Origin: Desulfobacteraceae bacterium
Lineage (GTDB): Bacteria > Desulfobacterota > Desulfobacteria > Desulfobacterales > Desulfosalsimonadaceae
Assembly (NCBI GenBank): GCA_021162325.1
Contig: JAGGYV010000299.1
Coordinates: 1-52,282, forward strand
DNA: 52,282 bases
Direction: 5' to 3'
The position numbers and the translations under genes were made by a program. Of the stretch, positions 17,516-28,710 are shown piece by piece. Numbering within the stretch: the stretch's first letter is position 1; each line of letters opens with the position of its first letter. Below the pieces are notes generated by a model, which did not search any database, had not been told where the DNA came from, and was given only the letters and a program-made list of their open reading frames with translations.

Positions 17516-18463
17516 ATGCATCAGGAAAGCGGATACATTGTTTTTTCAGGAAACTCCAACCCAGTTCTGGCCAAAGCGATCTGTGGGTACCTGAAAAGAG
17601 AGATTGGCGGCGCTAAGGTCAAACGCTTCAGCGACGGGGAAATTCAGATTGAAATTGATGAAAACGTCCGGTCAAAAGATGTTTTTATTATCCAGTCAAC
17701 AAGCAGTCCGGTCAATGACAATCTTGTTGAACTCTTACTCATGATTGATGCACTGAAACGGTCATCCGCAAAACGGATTACTGCGGTTATCCCCTATTTC
17801 GGATATGCCCGCCAGGACAAAAAAGTGGCACCCCGCGTACCGATCAGTGCCAAGCTGGTAGCGGATCTGCTGACCACTGCCGGCGCCAACCGGATCATTA
17901 CAATGGACCTCCATGCCGGACAAATTCAGGGGTTTTTTAATATTCCGGTAGACAACCTGTATGCAGCGCCGGTATTTATCGATTATATGCGCAAAGAATT
18001 TAGTCAGGATACAGTAATTGTTTCACCGGATGCCGGTGGTGTTGAAAGAGCCAGAGCTTTTGCCAAGCGGCTCCATTGCGATCTTGCAATTGTTGACAAA
18101 CGCCGGGATGCGCCGAATAAAGCCAGAGCAATGGCCGTCATCGGTAATGTAACCAATAAACGGGCAATTATTCTGGACGATATGGTGGATACAGCCGGCA
18201 CGCTCACGGAAGCCGCAAAAGCAATTTCAAAAAACGGCGCCAGTGAAGTGCACGCCTGCTGCGCCCACCCGGTCCTTTCCGGACCTGCAATTGACAGGAT
18301 TACGGACTCCGTACTGAAATCCGTTGTCGTTACCGATACCATACCGTTATCCGATAAAGGCCGTACCTGTAATAAAATAAAAATTCTCTCCATTGCCAAC
18401 CTGATCGGAGAAGCAATTATCCGGAGTCACACAGGGGATTCTGTCATATCATTATTCGTATAA
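17516..18463 (+). CDS. prs: Ribose-phosphate pyrophosphokinase
   Basis: 315 aa. Contains FSDGE, the PYFGYARQD loop and the [13 protein letters not shown]-binding loop. Confidence 0.95.
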   Translation: MHQESGYIVFSGNSNPVLAKAICGYLKREIGGAKVKRFSDGEIQIEIDENVRSKDVFIIQSTSSPVNDNLVELLLMIDALKRSSAKRITAVIPYFGYARQDKKVAPRVPISAKLVADLLTTAGANRIITMDLHAGQIQGFFNIPVDNLYAAPVFIDYMRKEFSQDTVIVSPDAGGVERARAFAKRLHCDLAIVDKRRDAPNKARAMAVIGNVTNKRAIILDDMVDTAGTLTEAAKAISKNGASEVHACCAHPVLSGPAIDRITDSVLKSVVVTDTIPLSDKGRTCNKIKILSIANLIGEAIIRSHTGDSVISLFV

Positions 18464-18492
18464 TAAAAAAACATTAATAAGGAGAAAAACTT

Positions 18493-19170
<678 letters not shown>

Positions 19171-19227
19171 ATCGACTGGCATGCCACTCCGGGGGATTTA
19201 TACCGCCGGCGCACCCGGCTCGCTGAT

Positions 19228-19803
19228 ATGACGAATAATACGTTATGGATGATTGCGGGTCTCGGAAACCCGGGGCGGGAATATGCCAGAACGCGGCACA
19301 ACATCGGCTTTATGGTGATTGAGCATCTTGCTGAGAAATATAATATTTCATTGACCCAGAAAAAATTTGATACTCATTTTGGGTTGGGTGAAATGGAGAA
19401 GATTAAGGTCATTTTAGCAGAACCCATGGCCTATATGAATCTCAGCGGTCCGCCGATCATGCAGCTGGCAAAATATTACAAATTGGCATTAGACCATATA
19501 CTGGTCATCCATGATGATATTGACCTTTTATTTGAAAATTTAAAAATTAAGGCAAAAGGAGGGCATGGGGGGCATAATGGGCTAAGATCCATTATCGGTG
19601 TTGCAGGTGATAATGCGTTCCCCCGTATTCGAATCGGCATCGGGCGTCCTGACACACATATTGATGTTACAGGTCATGTTCTTGGAAAATTTGCCGCAGA
19701 AGAGATAAAACGACTAGACCCCGTGCTGAATTGTGCTGTAGAAGCGGCTCATACAATAATAACAAAAGGGGTAACCTTAAGTATGAATAGGTTTAATAGA
19801 TAA
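19228..19803 (+). CDS. pth: Peptidyl-tRNA hydrolase
   Basis: 191 aa. Contains GLGNPGREYARTRHNIGF, HDDIDL and GGHNGLRS. Confidence 0.9.
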   Translation: MTNNTLWMIAGLGNPGREYARTRHNIGFMVIEHLAEKYNISLTQKKFDTHFGLGEMEKIKVILAEPMAYMNLSGPPIMQLAKYYKLALDHILVIHDDIDLLFENLKIKAKGGHGGHNGLRSIIGVAGDNAFPRIRIGIGRPDTHIDVTGHVLGKFAAEEIKRLDPVLNCAVEAAHTIITKGVTLSMNRFNR

Positions 19804-19854
19804 TGATGTAAGGTTTTGTTAATCTATAATTTTTTTTACTAAGGGAGGGAAAAT

Positions 19855-21915
19855 ATGGACGCATTATTGCAGAACATTCCACTAACGTGCACAGTTGTTG
19901 GGTTGGTGGGGATTCTTTACTCACTGCTCATCGCCGGAATGATTAGTAGGGCTCCGGCTGGAAACGAAAAAATGGTGGAAATCGCCACCGCCATTCAGGA
20001 AGGCGCCATTGCCTATCTGAATCGTCAGGCAAAAAGTATGGCAGCTGTCGGTATCGTAATTTTTGGTGTCATCATTTTCACGCTTGGCACCAAAGCCGCC
20101 ATCGGTTTTTTAGTGGGTGCTCTGGCATCTTTTATGGCCGGCTATATTGGCATGAGAGTTTCCGTTATTGCCAATGTCAGAACGACTGAGGCAGCCAGAG
20201 ACGGCATGGCAGCCGGCCTCAAAATGGCTTTTCGAGGTGGTTCCGTTACCGGTATGCTGGTTGCAGGCCTTGGCCTGACCTCATTGGCCGGTTTCTTTTC
20301 TTATCTAATTGCAACTGCCCCTGAAGGCGCCTCAATGATTGACAACGTGATTCCCCTGGTTGCCCTTGGTTTTGGCGGCAGCCTGATTTCCATCTTTGCC
20401 CGTCTGGGCGGTGGTATCTTTACCAAAGGCGCTGATGTCGGCGCTGACCTTGTCGGTAAAGTCGAAGCCGGTATTCCTGAAGATGATCCAAGAAATCCGG
20501 CAACAATCGCTGATAATGTGGGTGATAATGTAGGTGACTGTGCCGGTATGGCAGCTGACCTTTTTGAAACCTATGCCATTACACTGATTGCCTCAATGCT
20601 TCTGGGTACATTACTTTTCCCGGGAACTGACGTGGTTGTTATGTATCCTTTGGTTCTGGGTGCGGTTTCAATTGTTGCATCAATTATTGCCATGTTCTTT
20701 GTTCGTCTGGGTAAAAGCGAATATGTCATGGGCGCTCTGTACAAAGGCATGTTCGGTGCGGCAATTATTGCCGGTGTTGTATTCTATTTTGTAACCAACC
20801 ATATGTTATCTGCCGGCCTGACCACTGCAGCCGGTGTTGCAATTACCGCCATGGATATTTACTATGCCTCGCTGGTCGGTCTGGTGCTTACCTTATTACT
20901 CGTTGTTATTACTGAATTCTACACAGGTATTTACGCACCGGTTAAACATATTGCCGAAGCATCAACCACCGGTCATGGAACCAACATCATTGCCGGTCTC
21001 GCCGTCGGCCTCCAGTCAACCGCTCTTCCGGTTCTGTCTATCTGTGCAGCGATTTACATCTCACATGACCTTGCCGGACTTTACGGCCTTGCCATTGCTG
21101 CGGTTTCCATGCTGTCCATGACAGGTATGGTTATTGCTATTGACGCTTACGGTCCGATCACAGATAATGCCGGCGGTATTGCTGAAATGGCGGGACTCGA
21201 TGACAGTGTTCGTGCAGTCACCGATCCTCTGGATGCTGTTGGAAACACCACCAAAGCGGTTACCAAAGGGTATGCCATTGGTTCTGCTGCTCTGGCTGCA
21301 CTGGTTCTTTTTGCCGCGTATACCCAGGAATTTGCCCTGCACGGTGCGGGTGAAGCCATTGCATTTGACTTGAGTGATGTAAATGTCATTATCGGCCTTT
21401 TCATTGGTGGCCTGTTGCCGTTCCTGTTCGCATCCATGGCAATGAGCGCTGTTGGTAAAGCGGGCGCTGCGGTTGTTGATGAAGTTCGTCGTCAGTTCCG
21501 TGAAATCCCGGGAATTATGGAAGGTACGGCTAAACCGGATTACAAAGCATGCGTTGATATCGTCACCAAATTTGCATTAAGTCAAATGATGATTCCGGCC
21601 CTTCTTCCGGTAATCACACCGCTGCTGGTTGGTTTCTTCCTGGGCAAAGTTGCTCTGGGCGGTCTCCTCATCGGTAGTATCTTAACCGGTCTGTTCGTTG
21701 CTATTTCAATGACAACGGGTGGTGCTGCATGGGATAATGCAAAAAAATACATCGAAGACGGTTTCTTCGGCGGCAAGGGCAGTGATGCTCATAAAGCTGC
21801 GGTTACCGGTGATACAGTCGGCGATCCCTACAAAGATACAGCCGGACCGGCTATCAACCCGATGATTAAAATTCTTAATGTTGTTGCGTTGCTGATGGTT
21901 CCTTTTCTGATGTAA
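19855..21915 (+). CDS. hppA: Membrane-integral ion-translocating pyrophosphatase
   Basis: 686 aa and polytopic. Contains [29 protein letters not shown] and [14 protein letters not shown]. Confidence 0.95.
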   Translation: MDALLQNIPLTCTVVGLVGILYSLLIAGMISRAPAGNEKMVEIATAIQEGAIAYLNRQAKSMAAVGIVIFGVIIFTLGTKAAIGFLVGALASFMAGYIGMRVSVIANVRTTEAARDGMAAGLKMAFRGGSVTGMLVAGLGLTSLAGFFSYLIATAPEGASMIDNVIPLVALGFGGSLISIFARLGGGIFTKGADVGADLVGKVEAGIPEDDPRNPATIADNVGDNVGDCAGMAADLFETYAITLIASMLLGTLLFPGTDVVVMYPLVLGAVSIVASIIAMFFVRLGKSEYVMGALYKGMFGAAIIAGVVFYFVTNHMLSAGLTTAAGVAITAMDIYYASLVGLVLTLLLVVITEFYTGIYAPVKHIAEASTTGHGTNIIAGLAVGLQSTALPVLSICAAIYISHDLAGLYGLAIAAVSMLSMTGMVIAIDAYGPITDNAGGIAEMAGLDDSVRAVTDPLDAVGNTTKAVTKGYAIGSAALAALVLFAAYTQEFALHGAGEAIAFDLSDVNVIIGLFIGGLLPFLFASMAMSAVGKAGAAVVDEVRRQFREIPGIMEGTAKPDYKACVDIVTKFALSQMMIPALLPVITPLLVGFFLGKVALGGLLIGSILTGLFVAISMTTGGAAWDNAKKYIEDGFFGGKGSDAHKAAVTGDTVGDPYKDTAGPAINPMIKILNVVALLMVPFLM

Positions 21916-21943
21916 TACTGTTACAATTTACGAATTAAGTCCC

Positions 21944-21980
21944 AAAGGGGATTGGCGGAAATCGTCAATCCCTTTTTTTG
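21944..21980 (+). terminator. Probable intrinsic terminator after hppA
   Basis: A hairpin aaaggggattg...caatcccttt with one bulged G, followed by a T7 run. Confidence 0.6.
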
Positions 21981-22058
21981 TTGATTTAATGCTAATTAGG
22001 TGATATTTTATATTTTTTAAATCTGATAATAATTAGAAAAATGTAACACGGTGTTAAA

Positions 22059-22619
22059 ATGGTAAAAAAAATAAGTAATGCAATTGTTAAGGAAGAAAGT
22101 GAAGAAGCAAGTATCAAGGTATTTCATGTGGGGGATTTGGCCGTCTACCCAGCCCATGGGGTGGGGAAAATCGAATCTATCGAGTCCCGGACGATCAATG
22201 GTGAAAAACATGATTTTTACATTTTAAAAATACTTGAAAACGGTATGGTGATTATGATTCCGACCTGGAACGTGGATTCTGTTGGATTACGAAATACCAT
22301 CGCCGCCACACAGGTGCCGGAAATATATGATCTGTTGAAAACAAAAAAAGATGACCTCTTTGACAATCAGACATGGAACCGTCGATATAAAGAATATATG
22401 GACAAGCTGAAAACCGGTTGCCTGTTTGATGTTGCAGAAGTATTCAGGGATTTATTCCTTCTTAAACTCATCAAGGATCTATCTTTTGGAGAGCGTAAAT
22501 TGCTGGATACGGCCAAAGGACTGCTGATAAGAGAGCTTTGCACGGCAAAAAATTTGGATGAAGAAACCATTTGGGCAGAAATTGAAGCTCTGTTTGATCA
22601 ACCCATAACTGAAGCTTAG
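22059..22619 (+). CDS. carD: CarD/CdnL-family RNA polymerase-binding regulator
   Basis: 186 aa. FHVGDLAVYPAHGVGKIESIE matches the CarD_CdnL_TRCF N-terminal domain. Confidence 0.85.
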   Translation: MVKKISNAIVKEESEEASIKVFHVGDLAVYPAHGVGKIESIESRTINGEKHDFYILKILENGMVIMIPTWNVDSVGLRNTIAATQVPEIYDLLKTKKDDLFDNQTWNRRYKEYMDKLKTGCLFDVAEVFRDLFLLKLIKDLSFGERKLLDTAKGLLIRELCTAKNLDEETIWAEIEALFDQPITEA

Positions 22620-22630
22620 TCCCCATATAA

Positions 22631-22781
22631 AAAGTCGGATTCCGATGGCAAAGAAAAAAGCTCCACCACTCTTATAAAAAATGGCAAGGCGCGAAAATTC
22701 TGAGTGATGATTCGTACTTATCGTACCATGAAAAAACGAAGAAAGCATCGCAACGCAGAAGTTGGACTTTTTACAAAGCCA
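22631..22781 (+). repeat. Dispersed ~150-nt element, copy 1 (carD-rluD spacer)
   Basis: Hand alignment to the reverse complement of 38251-38399 shows about 23 differences, including a 2-nt indel. Short terminal inverted repeats: TAAAAAGTC ... GACTTTTTA. Confidence 0.85.
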
Positions 22782-22797
22782 TCAATAGCTACCTGCC

Positions 22798-23772
22798 ATG
22801 CATGACAATAGTAACAGGTCGTTTGCCATCCGAATAGATAGCGATGATATCGGCAAACGACTTGATACATTTATCACAACCACCTTTCCCAAAATATCAC
22901 GCAGCAGGGCATCCCGTTTCATCCGAAATGGCGACATCACCGTTTCCGGCACAATAAAAAAGCCGGGATACAGGGTCAATGGCGGAGACTTTGTATCCGG
23001 CTGTATTCATGAATTATCTTCTTTCCAATTTAAACCCGAACCCATCGATATTCAGATAGTATTCGAAGACGCCTTATTTCTGGTTATTAATAAAAAACCC
23101 GGTATCGTTGTACACCCTTCACCCGGCCATGACCATGGAACCATCGCCAACGGGCTTGCCTTTCTTCGTCCTGAAATCAAAGACGTTGGCGTGGACCCGA
23201 CTCGACCCGGAATTGTTCACCGTCTGGATAAGGATACTTCCGGTATAATGATTATTGCCAAAACAGACTCTGCATATAATTATTTAGTATCACAATTTAA
23301 AGAAAGACAAATCACTAAAACATATTTGGGGATTGTGCATGGAATTCCGGACCGGAAAAACGGTCAGATTATATTAAAAATTGGCCGGCATGCCAGCCAT
23401 CGGAAAAAAATGACCGTAACCGATCACGGCAATGCAAGATACGCTGAGACCCACTGGAAAATCAAAAAAACGTATGATCGACTATCTCTTTTAGAATTTG
23501 ATATTAAAACCGGCAGAACCCATCAAATCCGGGTCCATTGTGCGGCAGTCAGGCATCCGATCGTCGGAGATCAAACCTACGGCTTTAAAAAGCCTTATAA
23601 ATTATTTGAGGACGTACCGATATTAAAAAAGATCATCCGCAGTGTCCCCAGACAAATGCTGCATGCCTGGCAACTTCGATTACGTCATCCGGAATCCGGT
23701 GAGATATTGAAATTTGAAGCGCCGCTGCCGGGCGACATAACTTCTTTTTTAAAAAATTTAAATGCGGGTTAA
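22798..23772 (+). CDS. rluD: 23S rRNA pseudouridine synthase, RluD/RluA family
   Basis: 324 aa. N-terminal S4-like domain, with HRLDKDTSG and GRTHQIRVH catalytic motifs. Confidence 0.9.
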   Translation: MHDNSNRSFAIRIDSDDIGKRLDTFITTTFPKISRSRASRFIRNGDITVSGTIKKPGYRVNGGDFVSGCIHELSSFQFKPEPIDIQIVFEDALFLVINKKPGIVVHPSPGHDHGTIANGLAFLRPEIKDVGVDPTRPGIVHRLDKDTSGIMIIAKTDSAYNYLVSQFKERQITKTYLGIVHGIPDRKNGQIILKIGRHASHRKKMTVTDHGNARYAETHWKIKKTYDRLSLLEFDIKTGRTHQIRVHCAAVRHPIVGDQTYGFKKPYKLFEDVPILKKIIRSVPRQMLHAWQLRLRHPESGEILKFEAPLPGDITSFLKNLNAG

Positions 23773-23865
23773 TTCCTTATCTTTAATTTTAATTTTAATT
23801 TTTTGCCAAAATATTGCAAGGCTCGAAAAGTGTTAAGTGAACAAGCCTTAATCCGAGCCCTTGCG

Positions 23866-24432
23866 TTATTTTATATCCAGCTTGCAATGTTTCGAATCCT
23901 TGTCAAACGTCAAGATAATCTCTTGATTCTCTTTTTTATCCTGATTCAACTTTTTATATTCCTTAAGCATCCGTTGCTTAAATGCCGATTTAGTCTCTTT
24001 TGCATCAGACTGTCCATATGCCCTGAGTTTTTCCTTTTGAATTTCCCAAAGCGTGTCCACGGAATATTGCGGCGTAGAACCCCCCATGCCGTTATTTTGA
24101 ACAGATTGGATATTTTCAGTGACAGGAACAGCATTTGGCTTTTCCTTTCGCCGCTGGGCCTCTGCATTATCCCAGAACTGTTTCCAGGCTCTTTTGCTGT
24201 AATGCACTTTCCATTGCAGGTTATCCAGGAGTGTCACCAAATAGTTGGTTGATATGCTGGGAGGCACTCGATATCCCTGTATTCTTTCAATAAGATCCAG
24301 GTGCCTGGGATGGGGCTTATTCTGACGATCCGCCAGATACGCCCTGATTTTACTATCCATCTCCTCCACCTGACGACTCAACACACCTATCTCCGCCACC
24401 ACCTGTGTGCGCCTTTGATCTTTTGAATTCAC
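23866..24432 (-). CDS. Hypothetical protein (charged, K/E/Q-rich, no TM segment)
   Basis: 188-aa ORF convergent with rluD. I recognise no family. Coding status is supported only by length and by the lower-complexity antisense ORF. Confidence 0.5.
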   Translation of the reverse strand: MNSKDQRRTQVVAEIGVLSRQVEEMDSKIRAYLADRQNKPHPRHLDLIERIQGYRVPPSISTNYLVTLLDNLQWKVHYSKRAWKQFWDNAEAQRRKEKPNAVPVTENIQSVQNNGMGGSTPQYSVDTLWEIQKEKLRAYGQSDAKETKSAFKQRMLKEYKKLNQDKKENQEIILTFDKDSKHCKLDIK

Positions 24433-24608
24433 GCTTTAACTCCCTAAATCATCCATCCCGACCCAATAATGATGGCTTCGTAAAACAAAAAAACTCCATA
24501 TAACTATATTTTAAAACAGCATACCTGAAAATTTAACAGCTATGACACCTCTTGTAAAGTTATCATAAAAAAAATATTATAGAATAATTCAATGCGGTAA
24601 AATAAAAA

Positions 24609-24649
24609 AGTCACGTCATTTCCTGCCCGGAAGTGATGTGACTTTTTTT
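24609..24649. terminator. Hairpin with flanking A/T runs, a possible bidirectional terminator
   Basis: agtcacgtcatttcc-tgccc-ggaagtgatgtgact forms a 15-bp stem, with two G-U pairs on the plus-strand RNA. It is flanked by A-rich sequence (ataaaaa) upstream and T7 downstream, about 45 nt past the cNMP-binding gene stop. Confidence 0.5.
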
Positions 24650-24691
24650 ATTATTCTAAAACAAATTTGAATTAATTTAATGAGCGGCCCC

Positions 24692-25189
24692 TTACCAGGA
24701 ATGCATGATATCGTGACCTTTCTGCTTAGCCAGTTCATCCTGAAACTGGTGAAAACGGAAGCCTAAAACTTTTACGAGATAGGACATGACCTGATATCCC
24801 ATCAATATATCTTTCTCAAATAAGGCCAGCATATCCGTTTTAGCAATCTTAATCACGCTACAGGAACGGGTCACACAATAAGCTGAAAGCATCAACCGAA
24901 ATGGCGGCACAAAGCACGACCAGCCCAATGTTCTTTTTTTATCATCTTCCGCCGCAAGAGATGAAATCGTATTTTCATCAGACGCCGAAATATTACCGGG
25001 AAGTTCAAACCGAAGATCGACTTTACCATCGGTAACAATCCACAAATGATCTGCTGAATCGCCTTCTTTAAAAAGTCTGTCGCCGCGGCTATAGTTGTCC
25101 TTAATGCAAAACTTCCGAAGAGACGCCAGTTGCTCGTTTGTTAATTCTTTAAATGCCTGAACATAATCTAATTCTTTTAACGTAATCAT
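24692..25189 (-). CDS. Stand-alone cyclic-nucleotide-binding domain protein
   Basis: YSRGDRLFKEGDSADHLWIVTDGKVDL fits the cNMP-binding beta-barrel. The start is set at MITLKEL (ATG 25187-25189), preceded by AGGAGA. Confidence 0.75.
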   Translation of the reverse strand: MITLKELDYVQAFKELTNEQLASLRKFCIKDNYSRGDRLFKEGDSADHLWIVTDGKVDLRFELPGNISASDENTISSLAAEDDKKRTLGWSCFVPPFRLMLSAYCVTRSCSVIKIAKTDMLALFEKDILMGYQVMSYLVKVLGFRFHQFQDELAKQKGHDIMHSW

Positions 25190-25332
25190 AATTTCTCCTA
25201 AAAAGCTTTTCATGGTGACGCATCACCACTGTTTGAGAAAATAACTTGTCAATCATTTCAAAAGATTATGGACGAGTTATTTGGAAGAGCCTTAAGGAAC
25301 ATTATAGTTACCAAAAGACGAATTAAAAAAAT

Positions 25333-27393
25333 CTATTGATCTGCATTATAACATAATCTGCAGCAATTCAAGCACCTGTTTGCCTCATATAACGCATCCG
25401 CTTCGGTAATCACCAAATCGACCTCACTCAGATTGTTGATACGCGCTTCAACCGGGAGTTCAGGCATCTCAGTTCGTTTTTTGGGAACAATGCCCTCGAC
25501 AGACTCAAATATAGTGCCGGGGATATGCTTATTCAACAAAAATTCCGGATGAGAGACCACCGGTTTGCCGTTCAAAAACAAATCGATTGACCGAGCCGCT
25601 TTTCGGCCGCCACCGATGGCTGTCACCACCAGGGATGGACCGGTCGCTGCATCACCGGCGGCAAAGATATAGGGTACATTGGTCTGACACGTAGCAGGCT
25701 CTACTTCAATTGTTTTCCACCGGGTGATTTCCAATTCATCTAACCGATCCCCCTTACCACGGAATGCCAGCAAAGGTGACTGGCCGATGGCGGTTATAAT
25801 CATATCCACATCAAGAACCGTCTCAGACCCTTCAACCGGAATAGGTCGCCTTCGTCCACTGGCATCAGGTTCTCCCAGTTCCATTTTCAAATACTCAAGG
25901 CCCGTTACCTGATTTTTCTCATCCCCGACAACCTTATTCGGAGCTGCCAAAAATACGAAATCGATCCCTTCATGCTCGGATGCGATAATTTCAACTTCAT
26001 TGGCCGGCATTTCTTTGCGTGTTCGCCGATAAACCAGATAGACCTTGTCTACCCCTTTTCGCAGCAGGGTCCGGCAACAGTCAATGGCTGTATTTCCACC
26101 GCCGATGACCGCTACCCGTTGACCGATACGGACATTTTCATTATTTCCAATTTTAGCCAAAAAATCAATCCCGGTAAAACATCCGGTCAGGTCTTCTCCG
26201 GGAATCCCCAGATTATAATCATTCCACGCACCGACACTAAAAAAGACGGCGTCAAAACCAGAAGCGATCAATGAACCAAAATCAAAATCAACCCCCAGGC
26301 GGACATTGGTATGAGCGTTTATACCTAAGTTTATAATCCCCTCTATTTCCCAATCCAGTACTTTTTTCGGTAAACGATATTCAGGAATGCCATATCGCAG
26401 CATGCCGCCCAACTTCGGCATGGCTTCAAATATTTCAGGACGATGTCCGATGCGTCTTAAAAAATAAGCACAACTCAGACCAGCCGGCCCACCACCAATG
26501 ACAGCCACTCGATTACCGGTATCCGGCGCACATTCGATGGGAAAGCGCTTGCCTGAATTCATTTCATAGTCGGCGACAAATCGTTTCAACTGGTTAATTG
26601 AAACCGGTTCATCTTCAACCCCGCGACGACAATAAGACTCGCAGGGATGCGGGCATACCCTTCCGCAAGCCAATAACAGGGGGTTTCGCTCCCTGATGGT
26701 ATTGACCGCTGCTTCGTATTCTCCATTACGGATATGCCCAATATATCGAGGGATATCGATTTCCGCAGGACAGGTTTGCGCACATGGTGCCAGAGCATCA
26801 TCATAGGCATTTAAATGCAGAAGACGCTGAGAAACAGTCCGCACTTCCAATATGGATTTAGGGCATGCCGCTTCACAGGCGCCGCAACCGACGCATTTTT
26901 CCCTGTCGACTTCCGGATACCCATCAGGTCCTAAATGAAGCGCATCAAAACCACAGGCACGAACACAATCGCCAAACCCCAAACAACCGATGGTACAATC
27001 CCGTTTCCCGCCATAAAATGACGTCACGGCACGACAGGTATTTAATCCGTTATAGATAAACCGATCCGTCGCCCGATTGCCGCCATTGCAATTATTATAT
27101 GATTTCAATGGTTCGGCCGTGCCGGCTTCAGACCCCATAATAATCGCAATTTCAGATATATTTTCCGTACCGATCAGGATACACGCATTGGCAGGGGCGT
27201 CTTCATTGACGATGGCTTCGGCCGCCGCTGAACAACCGGCAAAACCACACCCGCCGCAATTTGCGCCTGCTAAAAGATTTTCGACTCTGGCAATTCGCGG
27301 GTCTTCATACACATAAAATATTTTGGAAGCAAAACTTAAAATTAAGCCACAAACAGCACCAAGGCTGAAAGTAAATAGTATTGATTCAACCAC
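25333..27393 (-). CDS. rnfB: RnfB fused to a GltD/NfnB-like NAD(P)H-dependent FAD/FeS oxidoreductase
   Basis: 686 aa. Residues 1-190 have a TM anchor, CGGCGFAGC and ferredoxin-type CxxCxxCxxxCP motifs. Residues 195-686 carry GRVCPHPCESYC, VAVIGGGPAGL, VAVIGGGNTAIDC and AAGDAATGPSLVVTAIGGGRKAA. Confidence 0.85.
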   Translation of the reverse strand: MVESILFTFSLGAVCGLILSFASKIFYVYEDPRIARVENLLAGANCGGCGFAGCSAAAEAIVNEDAPANACILIGTENISEIAIIMGSEAGTAEPLKSYNNCNGGNRATDRFIYNGLNTCRAVTSFYGGKRDCTIGCLGFGDCVRACGFDALHLGPDGYPEVDREKCVGCGACEAACPKSILEVRTVSQRLLHLNAYDDALAPCAQTCPAEIDIPRYIGHIRNGEYEAAVNTIRERNPLLLACGRVCPHPCESYCRRGVEDEPVSINQLKRFVADYEMNSGKRFPIECAPDTGNRVAVIGGGPAGLSCAYFLRRIGHRPEIFEAMPKLGGMLRYGIPEYRLPKKVLDWEIEGIINLGINAHTNVRLGVDFDFGSLIASGFDAVFFSVGAWNDYNLGIPGEDLTGCFTGIDFLAKIGNNENVRIGQRVAVIGGGNTAIDCCRTLLRKGVDKVYLVYRRTRKEMPANEVEIIASEHEGIDFVFLAAPNKVVGDEKNQVTGLEYLKMELGEPDASGRRRPIPVEGSETVLDVDMIITAIGQSPLLAFRGKGDRLDELEITRWKTIEVEPATCQTNVPYIFAAGDAATGPSLVVTAIGGGRKAARSIDLFLNGKPVVSHPEFLLNKHIPGTIFESVEGIVPKKRTEMPELPVEARINNLSEVDLVITEADALYEANRCLNCCRLCYNADQ

Positions 27394-27504
27394 GACAATC
27401 CTCTTGATTTTTTCTATTCATATCAATTGACGTTGACTATCAATATCAACTACGCCTTCAATAAATTAAAAGCGTTGAATGTCACTAACGTTTAAAAAAA
27501 CGTT

Positions 27505-28077
27505 CTACACCATTCCCTGGAATGCAAAAAAAGCAAGGGAAATCATGCCGGCGGTAATCAGCGCAATGGATGTATCCTGAAGCGGTTTCGGAACCCGTGC
27601 AAGAAGAATCCGTTCACGGAGTCCTGCAAAAAGAATCAGTGCCAAGGCGAACCCGACCGCATAAAAGAACGAAGCAACCAACGCCTGAAGAAATGTAAAT
27701 TCCTTATCAATATTCAGTACGCATACTCCCATAACCGCACAGTTTGTTGTAATCAGCGGTAAAAAAATGCCGAGACCGGCATACAATGCGGGAATACTTT
27801 TTTTCAAAAACATTTCAACAAATTGAACCAAAGAGGCGATGACCACAATAAAGGCGATGGTCCTCAGATATACCAGACCAAATTTCACGAGAATAAAGGT
27901 ATAAATAACCCAGGTAATCGTTCCTGCCAGGACCAGCACAAAAATTACTGCCATTCCCATACCCACAGCGGTTTCCATTTTTTTCGAGGTTCCCAGAAAC
28001 GGACAATTTCCAAGAAACTGAGCAAGCAGAATATTATTAACAAAAATACATGCGATGATAAGTTCAAAATAACCCAT
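27505..28077 (-). CDS. rnfA: Rnf complex subunit A
   Basis: 190 aa, polytopic, typical RnfA/NqrE sequence (NCAVMGV). Confidence 0.9.
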   Translation of the reverse strand: MGYFELIIACIFVNNILLAQFLGNCPFLGTSKKMETAVGMGMAVIFVLVLAGTITWVIYTFILVKFGLVYLRTIAFIVVIASLVQFVEMFLKKSIPALYAGLGIFLPLITTNCAVMGVCVLNIDKEFTFLQALVASFFYAVGFALALILFAGLRERILLARVPKPLQDTSIALITAGMISLAFFAFQGMV

Positions 28078-28089
28078 TATGTTCTCCTG

Positions 28090-28701
28090 TTAATCCCCTA
28101 TCGCATTTATGAAACAGAGCATCAGACCAAGACAGATAAACGCACCCGGCGCCTGAACCATAAACGAAAACGGCTGAAAAGACGGAAATGCCGACGATAA
28201 ATTGTATGAAAGGTCGCCCCAAACCGTTACCGACCCATTCCCCAGCAATTCTCTGACAGCTCCAAGGGCGCCGAGTGCTAACGTATAGCCGATCCCGATT
28301 CCCAAACCGTCCGCCATGGAATATAATACTTTATTTTTATATGCAAATGCTTCCGCCCGCCCCAAAACAATACAGTTGACAACAATCAACGGGATAAATA
28401 CCCCCAGCTTCAGGTATAATGGATACGTATACGCCTGCATCAACAGCTCCACAATCGTCACAAATGATGCAATAATGATAATAAAACAAGCGATTCTCAC
28501 TTTTTGCGGAATGATGCTTCTTAACAGAGAAACCAGGAAATTTGACCCAAACAGAACAAATGTTGTTGCAATCCCCATTCCAAGTCCGTTTTCCATTGAG
28601 GTGGTAACCCCAAGCACAGGACATAAACCCAGCACCAGTCGGAACGGCGGGAGTTCTTCCCACAATCCTTTTGTAAATTCCTGAACTAACGTCTTAGGCA
28701 T
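28090..28701 (-). CDS. rnfE: Rnf complex subunit E
   Basis: 203 aa, polytopic, RnfE/NqrD-like (LGLCPVLGVTT, VVNCIVLGRAEAFA). Confidence 0.9.
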   Translation of the reverse strand: MPKTLVQEFTKGLWEELPPFRLVLGLCPVLGVTTSMENGLGMGIATTFVLFGSNFLVSLLRSIIPQKVRIACFIIIIASFVTIVELLMQAYTYPLYLKLGVFIPLIVVNCIVLGRAEAFAYKNKVLYSMADGLGIGIGYTLALGALGAVRELLGNGSVTVWGDLSYNLSSAFPSFQPFSFMVQAPGAFICLGLMLCFINAIGD

Positions 28702-28710
28702 ATTGATCTC

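Noticed and set aside
22698-22712. Box C/D-like motifs (CTGA followed by GTGATGA) in the repeat element
   Set aside because: C/D guide RNAs are archaeal or eukaryotic. The match is short and is better explained by the overlapping stop/start codons (TGATG).
22707-22805. Basic mini-ORF as a ribosomal protein L34-like gene (M-x-R-T-Y...K-R-R-x-H)
   Set aside because: The resemblance is limited to a few N-terminal residues recalled from memory. The two copies differ at about one third of residues, and the ORF ends differ. This is not enough to call a gene.
23803-24252. 149-aa plus-strand ORF
   Set aside because: It is antisense to the longer 188-aa ORF. The sequence is low-complexity, Leu/Phe/Ile-rich and typical of reverse-strand translation of AT-rich DNA, and it has no RBS.
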